Of a DNA stretch of 64,000 nt, positions 58,727-64,000 are shown piece after piece (positions within the stretch are counted from its first letter, which is position 1; each line of letters begins with the position of its first letter). The notes under the pieces are model-generated. The model was not told the origin of the DNA. It saw nothing but the letters and a program-made list of their open reading frames with translations, and made no database searches. A program made the position numbers and the translations under genes. Source of the DNA: Parcubacteria group bacterium (lineage in GTDB: Bacteria; Patescibacteriota; Minisyncoccia; Moranbacterales; JAKLHP01); NCBI GenBank assembly GCA_041657845.1, contig JBBABD010000001.1, positions 14,255-78,254 on the forward strand, written 5' to 3'.

Positions 58727-59412
58727 GATATTTTAAATTTAATTACATTCTAATAATTTTGTCCGTCATATTTTTTACAGTTATCTTCTGGAAATTTTTC
58801 AGTCTTTTGTCATTTTCCGACCAATCGATTTCTTTTGAAGGAGACGGCCAGCAGGAAAAACTGTACGCAGATTCTCCCATAATTCAGAAAATAACCGCTG
58901 CGGAAAATAATTTTAGCCAAGTGAACATTTCCATCAGCAAATTTTCCGGGAACTTCGGGGATAAAATCGTTATGGAAGTGGCCGATGAATCCTGCGAAAA
59001 AATTATCCATACTTCGAAAATAGATGCTTTCTCATGGAGTTCTCCCAATTATGAGAAATTCAGATTTGAAAATATTCCGGATTCAAAAGAAAAAACCTAT
59101 TGCCTGAAATTTACCTATATTCCAAATGGAGAAGAACAAGATAAAAAAGCCTACATTTCTTCATATTCTTATGAAGGATCTTCCTATATAAATACCGGAA
59201 ATAAAAAGAATTCCGGAGAACAAGAAAACCGGTCTCTGGGATTGAAACCGGCCTATGGAAATGGATCTGTTTGGCAAAATTTTTCCCAGCTTGTCGATCG
59301 AATGTCGCAGTACAAGCCGGATTATTTTAAAAGTTTAAGTTTGGAAATAATTTTCTTTCTGTCTTTCGCTTTAATTTTATTTATTTCCACAGTTATTATT
59401 TTTATAAAATAG
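58723..59412 (+). CDS. Membrane protein with extracytoplasmic domain between two TMs
   Basis: ATGA coupling with the upstream gene; RMSQYKP before the C-terminal TM. Confidence 0.75.
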   Translation: MRYFKFNYILIILSVIFFTVIFWKFFSLLSFSDQSISFEGDGQQEKLYADSPIIQKITAAENNFSQVNISISKFSGNFGDKIVMEVADESCEKIIHTSKIDAFSWSSPNYEKFRFENIPDSKEKTYCLKFTYIPNGEEQDKKAYISSYSYEGSSYINTGNKKNSGEQENRSLGLKPAYGNGSVWQNFSQLVDRMSQYKPDYFKSLSLEIIFFLSFALILFISTVIIFIK

Positions 59413-59425
59413 ACACATTATTCTT

Positions 59426-60187
59426 CTATTGCAGCATCCTTTTGACAATTCCTTTCGTCCCGCTGCGCTTGTACTCCCGCCATGAATTTCCCAGCAATTT
59501 CGCCGGGTTTTTTGTGATTATTTTTCCTGCAATGCGTGAAATTTTTCCTTTTCTTTTCAATTTTTCTAATTTTCGTTCGATAGTTTTTTGCATTTTCAAA
59601 TCAGGCTTCATTTTTTTGATAACTACCGTAAAACCGTTTCCCACTTTGTCATCGGCATCTTGAAAATCAACCACTTGCCAATCCAAATTAATATTTTTCA
59701 CCAGCTCAATAATATCCTCCGTTATCCAATGAGAATAATGTCCCGACATCGACGGCTCTTTGTCGTACTTTGCATTATTGTGCCTTTCGAGCAGTTCATT
59801 GAGCGTGGTTCTTTTCTCATCTTTGTCGAAAGTTCTTTCCTTGTGAGGAACAATCATAAAGATATATCCACCTTTTTTGACTATCCGATACCATTCCTTG
59901 AGTGCTTTTATCGGATCAGGAAAATGTTCCAAAACATGAGAACTCACAACAAAATCCTGCGATTCATCGGCAACGGGAATGTTGTCTCCAAAAGCTACGA
60001 CATCAACCGGAAGAAAATCCCCACGCATATCATATTCCTCTTTTTTGAAAGTGGTTTTGTCAGAAGCAGAATAGTCAACATTTTTCGTATTCAAACCGAA
60101 AGGATTATGAATCGACCCGCCAATCTCAAGACCGACAAGCCCATCCAAATATTTGTGCGCCAATTTGCTTTCCGGAAATGTTTTCAT
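59426..60187 (-). CDS. SAM-dependent methyltransferase
   Basis: GLEIGG, DFVVSSHVLEHFPDP, W.RIVKKGG. Confidence 0.9.
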   Translation of the reverse strand: MKTFPESKLAHKYLDGLVGLEIGGSIHNPFGLNTKNVDYSASDKTTFKKEEYDMRGDFLPVDVVAFGDNIPVADESQDFVVSSHVLEHFPDPIKALKEWYRIVKKGGYIFMIVPHKERTFDKDEKRTTLNELLERHNNAKYDKEPSMSGHYSHWITEDIIELVKNINLDWQVVDFQDADDKVGNGFTVVIKKMKPDLKMQKTIERKLEKLKRKGKISRIAGKIITKNPAKLLGNSWREYKRSGTKGIVKRMLQ

Positions 60188-60191
60188 AAGG

Positions 60192-60485
60192 TTAAACTTT
60201 CTTTCTCTTGTTTATAATATAATTTGAAACCAGCAAAACAAACAACCCAAGATTTATCCACGGCCAATACCAAAGAGTGAACTTCACTAACCACTTAAGA
60301 TTATAGACATCAAACAGGAGTGAACTAGTTCCCGTGTATAAAATTAAATTACTTACTGTAGAGAACAGAAAAAAACCTAACAATAAATTTTTCTTTTTTC
60401 TCCATATAAAAATAGAAAAAATTAGAACAATAATTAATAAAAAAATATTTATGTTAATATCACTTTGTACACTTCCGATAAACAT
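60192..60485 (-). CDS. Small three-TM hypothetical protein
   Basis: Hydrophobic 97 aa ORF co-oriented downstream of the lipase-like gene. Confidence 0.65.
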   Translation of the reverse strand: MFIGSVQSDININIFLLIIVLIFSIFIWRKKKNLLLGFFLFSTVSNLILYTGTSSLLFDVYNLKWLVKFTLWYWPWINLGLFVLLVSNYIINKRKKV

Positions 60486-60529
60486 ATTTTTTAAATTAAA
60501 TAATTACTTACTTCTTTATTCTCTCAAAA

Positions 60530-63166
60530 TTAGACCTTTTTATCAACTCGACTTCGAGATACAAGAAAAATAACACAGAAAATAGCAACTAATATAAATA
60601 CGAATGTCACTATATTGGTAAATTTTTTGTTTTCTTCGTTGCGCTTGGGCAAATCTTGAGGATCATATTTTATCCCCAAAACATCCTCATTGATATTTTC
60701 TCTGATATTTTCAAAAACATTGTTGTTTTCCAAAGTTTGATCTTCAAGAAAAGATTCAATATTGGAATTCGAATCTGTTTCCTCTTTTTTTGTGTCATTT
60801 TCTGAATCATCATTTTCATTATCAAAATTGTCATTAGAAACTGTTTCTAATCCGGCAACTGAAGAAACAATATTATCATCTGTCTTTTCTTCTTTTGTTA
60901 TTGTCAAAGTTTTTTCTTCCTGTTCGCCTTTAACCGCTGTTCCGATTATTTTTTGTGTTGATTCTCCAGCTTCGCCGCTACTCGCATCCTCTACGATTTT
61001 TGTCGCGTCGATTTCATATTCTCCGTCTCCTGTGCCTTCCGCAATAATTTTGTATTCTCCATCTTCAGGATTAGGGATAACCAAAAATTCATTTTCTGTC
61101 CCCGATCCGGAATAATAGGCACCTTCTATTTGATTGATAATTCCACCAGTTTCAAAATTCTTTCCAACCTTCTTTCCGTTCGGGTCAATGACTTGAATAT
61201 CAATCGGAGAAAGAATTCCAAAAGTGAGAATGCTCACAATTTCGGCAGTGTCTTTAATGTAGGAACAATTCTTTTCCGATTTATTGGTGAGCTCCGCCAA
61301 TACCTTGCATTGAGCTCTGGAGGGAAGCTGCAAATGAGTTGCCTTTATTTCTTCCATCTTTCTAGAATTAATTCCAGTTGAACTGAACAATGGGACTGTC
61401 TCGTCGCCTTTCCCATATTCAATACCTCTATCAGTTGTATCATCATAGAAATTTTCCGGCATCCCGTGTTTCCATTTCCCTTCTTTTAGGGTTTCCGCCA
61501 CTCGAAATTTTTTGATGGTTTTTTCCGAATCAAGATTCCCGACCATATTGACAAAATTAACTCCGCTCATTCTTTTGACTCTCTCCTTGCCATTAAGAAA
61601 CTCTAAGAGTGAATTATCAGGATAATCGTCTGGATAATTTTTCATTTCCCCATCGGAAACTTTTTGAAGATAATCGTAGTCAGGAAGCAATTCCCCAACT
61701 GACTTTACTTTATCTTGAATATATTTCTCCAAATCTGAATATCCCGCATGACGAGCTTCAACCTTGAATAATTCTTTAGCAAGCTGTTCTGCTCTGGAAA
61801 AAAATCCTTCCCCTGCTTCCAAGTACAAATAACCCTTTGGCGATCCCCTATGCGGTGTTCCCAAAGTTATCAATTGATCCACATCATCTTGATAATCATC
61901 TCCTTCAATATAATACCTCGCAATCAAACCCCCCATCGAATGCGCCACCAAATCCACTTTCGAAACTCCTGTGCTGTTTTTCACATCTTGGATTTTTTGC
62001 TTCAGCAAACCCGCAGTAATAACATTGCTGTCTCTCCATTCATAGGGAAACTCGAATAGATTGATGTTTTTCTGATATCCGTTCTGATCCAGAGAATTTA
62101 TCAAATTATCATAAGTATGCAGAATCGGATCCATAATCAGCTTGCCTGCTACTTCAGCCGATCCCATAATTCCCGGAATAATAATCGCCGGATCAGAAAT
62201 CAAATTACTGTTTCTGAATCCATCGAGCGTGTAATCTCCGCTAATTTTTTCTCCCTTCTCTGGCGAATCATTTTTCTCTGTCGGCCCTTGAAGATGCCCG
62301 TACCAGTTGTTTTTCAAAATGACCTTGCTTTTTTCCGAAACAGGATCTTCATTTTCAGAATATTTTTTGGCGCTGGATATTAAAGCATTTTTTTGCTTAT
62401 TGCCTTCAAAATTAGAATTCACGATTTCCAAACGACTCATTGGTTCTCCGCTATAATATCTAACGGAAACCTCGACATCCGCATAAGAATTATTCTTGAA
62501 GCTGGAATTTTCAATATGAAGATTTCCATATTCAAATTTTAATGCCGGATTAATTCTTTCCAGCGACTCAGCTGCCCAAGCAGTATTAAACAATCTTCGA
62601 AAAATATTATGATTCATCGCTTGGCAATTTTCATCCTCATACGGACAAGCACATTCTTCTTGATCAACATAATCGTAGGATCCCATATTATTGAATTCTA
62701 CATAGCGAAAAATAGAAGGTTCAGTGCTATATTCTGATATCCATGCATTATCAGCAAACTTTATCAATCCTCTTTCTCCTCGGACGCAATTAGTTTTTAT
62801 TCCATACTCAGAAGGAGCCGGAGTTGCTTTAGTAAAAATTATTTTTTCATCCTTAGTTCCTTCGGCTATAATTCTTCCCATATTAACCTCCAAATTCAAA
62901 ATTTCAATATGTGTTCCTTTTTCTATGGTAAGATTAGCGCCATTAACAATAACTACCGGTTTATCTAAGTTGTTATAAACTATATTCCCTCTCCATGTAG
63001 TGTCAGTATCAATTACAACAAAGTTATCATAATCCGTCCATTTTTCTTCATCTGGAATATCCAAGGCTTTTGCCACACCAGCATCAAAAAATCCTACCTT
63101 TATTAGAGATAATATAATCAAGCTTGCCGAAAAAAAGAAAGATTTTTTTTCAAATACTTTTTTCAT
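60530..63166 (-). CDS. Surface-anchored alpha/beta hydrolase (LCAT/PGAP1 lipase-like) with N-terminal beta-helix-like domain
   Basis: Signal peptide; IIPGIMGS, FPYEWR, VAHSMGG, LGTPHRGS, GDETVP, H; acidic linker and C-terminal TM. Confidence 0.85.
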   Translation of the reverse strand: MKKVFEKKSFFFSASLIILSLIKVGFFDAGVAKALDIPDEEKWTDYDNFVVIDTDTTWRGNIVYNNLDKPVVIVNGANLTIEKGTHIEILNLEVNMGRIIAEGTKDEKIIFTKATPAPSEYGIKTNCVRGERGLIKFADNAWISEYSTEPSIFRYVEFNNMGSYDYVDQEECACPYEDENCQAMNHNIFRRLFNTAWAAESLERINPALKFEYGNLHIENSSFKNNSYADVEVSVRYYSGEPMSRLEIVNSNFEGNKQKNALISSAKKYSENEDPVSEKSKVILKNNWYGHLQGPTEKNDSPEKGEKISGDYTLDGFRNSNLISDPAIIIPGIMGSAEVAGKLIMDPILHTYDNLINSLDQNGYQKNINLFEFPYEWRDSNVITAGLLKQKIQDVKNSTGVSKVDLVAHSMGGLIARYYIEGDDYQDDVDQLITLGTPHRGSPKGYLYLEAGEGFFSRAEQLAKELFKVEARHAGYSDLEKYIQDKVKSVGELLPDYDYLQKVSDGEMKNYPDDYPDNSLLEFLNGKERVKRMSGVNFVNMVGNLDSEKTIKKFRVAETLKEGKWKHGMPENFYDDTTDRGIEYGKGDETVPLFSSTGINSRKMEEIKATHLQLPSRAQCKVLAELTNKSEKNCSYIKDTAEIVSILTFGILSPIDIQVIDPNGKKVGKNFETGGIINQIEGAYYSGSGTENEFLVIPNPEDGEYKIIAEGTGDGEYEIDATKIVEDASSGEAGESTQKIIGTAVKGEQEEKTLTITKEEKTDDNIVSSVAGLETVSNDNFDNENDDSENDTKKEETDSNSNIESFLEDQTLENNNVFENIRENINEDVLGIKYDPQDLPKRNEENKKFTNIVTFVFILVAIFCVIFLVSRSRVDKKV

Positions 63167-63242
63167 TTTTTTATTATATCACAACACAAAAGCACCGCAA
63201 CGGCAATTTGACATAAACTCAATAGTATAGTAGTATTACATC

Positions 63243-63300
63243 ATATAAGAATCCCGGCCAGAAGTTTATACACTTCACATCGTGGCGGGGGTTTTTATTT
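63243..63300 (+). ncRNA. Candidate small RNA
   Basis: TTGACA-17-TAGTAT at 63208-63236, then a two-tier stem and T tract; no ORF. Confidence 0.35.
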
Positions 63301-63420
63301 TATTCGGGAGAAAAACAAGACATGAAATACTTCTTATTGTTTTTATCTTCTTTGCCATAAAAACAGCGCAAAACAAAATTTGCGCAGAAAATATAAAAGA
63401 AGTTGAGACTATATTGAATT

Positions 63421-63456
63421 AGATCTCTCGACTCGCTTCGCTCGCTCGAGATGACA
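63421..63456. repeat. REP-like hairpin ending in GATGACA
   Basis: AGATCTCTCGACTCGCTTCGCTCGCTCGAGATGACA. Confidence 0.6.
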
Positions 63457-63457
63457 T

Positions 63458-64000
63458 TTATAAATTGGCTATTTTTGATCTTAAAAAAGAGTAAAACTCC
63501 TCATTTTTCGCCGTTTGGGTGGAATACTGCTCAAGGGCTTTTTTGCGAGCCTCAGCACCCATTCTGGAACATAGTTCTGGACTCAAAATCAGCCTTTCCA
63601 GCTTGTTTATCCAATCGCTGGTATCAGACGCCACAAAGCCATCGAGGCCGTCGGAAATGGCTTCTTTGAAGGTTCCCGTAGCGCTAGCCACCGTCGGAAC
63701 ACCTACGATTCCCGCCTCAAAAAACTTGAGCTGGGACTTGGATTCGCAGAAAGGATTTCCTATCTCAAGTGGAGCCAGATTGATGTCAACTTGGGAAATA
63801 TTTTCAAAATGCTTGTTTCTTGCAACGTATGGCAATTGTTTGATTCTATCTTTAAATTTGTTCAATTTACTTTCAATATCCAATGGTCCAACCAAAAATA
63901 ATTCCACATTGGAATGTTTTTCCATAATTTCCAAAAGCGCATCGGTTATCACCGCAAAGTCTTTGTTGTGACTGATGGTACCCGAGAAATAACCGAGCGA
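63458..64000 (-). CDS. GT4-like glycosyltransferase, 5' part outside window
   Basis: DINLAPL..NPFCESKSQLKFFEA...VPTVAS; frame continues to the window end. Confidence 0.88.
   Translation of the reverse strand, partial: SLGYFSGTISHNKDFAVITDALLEIMEKHSNVELFLVGPLDIESKLNKFKDRIKQLPYVARNKHFENISQVDINLAPLEIGNPFCESKSQLKFFEAGIVGVPTVASATGTFKEAISDGLDGFVASDTSDWINKLERLILSPELCSRMGAEARKKALEQYSTQTAKNEEFYSFLRSKIANL

Noticed and set aside
1-64000. CRISPR array, tRNA, rRNA, retron or DGR
   Set aside because: No regularly spaced repeat-spacer series, cloverleaf, rRNA-like segment or reverse transcriptase was seen by eye; short RNAs could have been missed.
1-64000. Alternative genetic code (TGA recoded)
   Set aside because: Long ORFs are intact under code 11 and TGA ends genes in ATGA overlaps.

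Overview
AT-rich bacterial window using genetic code 11 (TGA is a stop, including in ATGA overlaps). The gene content and scarcity of Shine-Dalgarno motifs suggest a Patescibacteria/CPR genome (inference only). Almost all of it is one large cell-surface glycosylation region. It holds nucleotide-sugar dehydrogenases and an epimerase, four GT2 and seven GT4 glycosyltransferases, about nine multi-pass GT-C (ArnT/PMT-like) transferases, three flippase-like proteins, five SAM methyltransferases and two membrane-anchored metallophosphoesterases. Several parts do not fit a plain glycan locus. (1) An RtcB-family protein with substituted active-site residues is coupled to a dTMP-kinase-like gene inside a glycosyltransferase operon. 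(2) An AT-rich block encodes a radical SAM/SPASM protein, an oxidoreductase and a UMP kinase. (3) A GxxExxY nuclease-like gene is framed by inverted heptamer arrays, with an empty palindromic version and related arrays elsewhere, one inside a coding sequence. (4) Fic, AbiE and AlbA-HTH genes are stacked and separated by duplicated tails of neighbouring genes. (5) There are REP/MITE-like elements, a decayed IS200 and a candidate small RNA. No rRNA, tRNA or CRISPR array was seen. All calls come from reading motifs by eye; no database search or computation was run.
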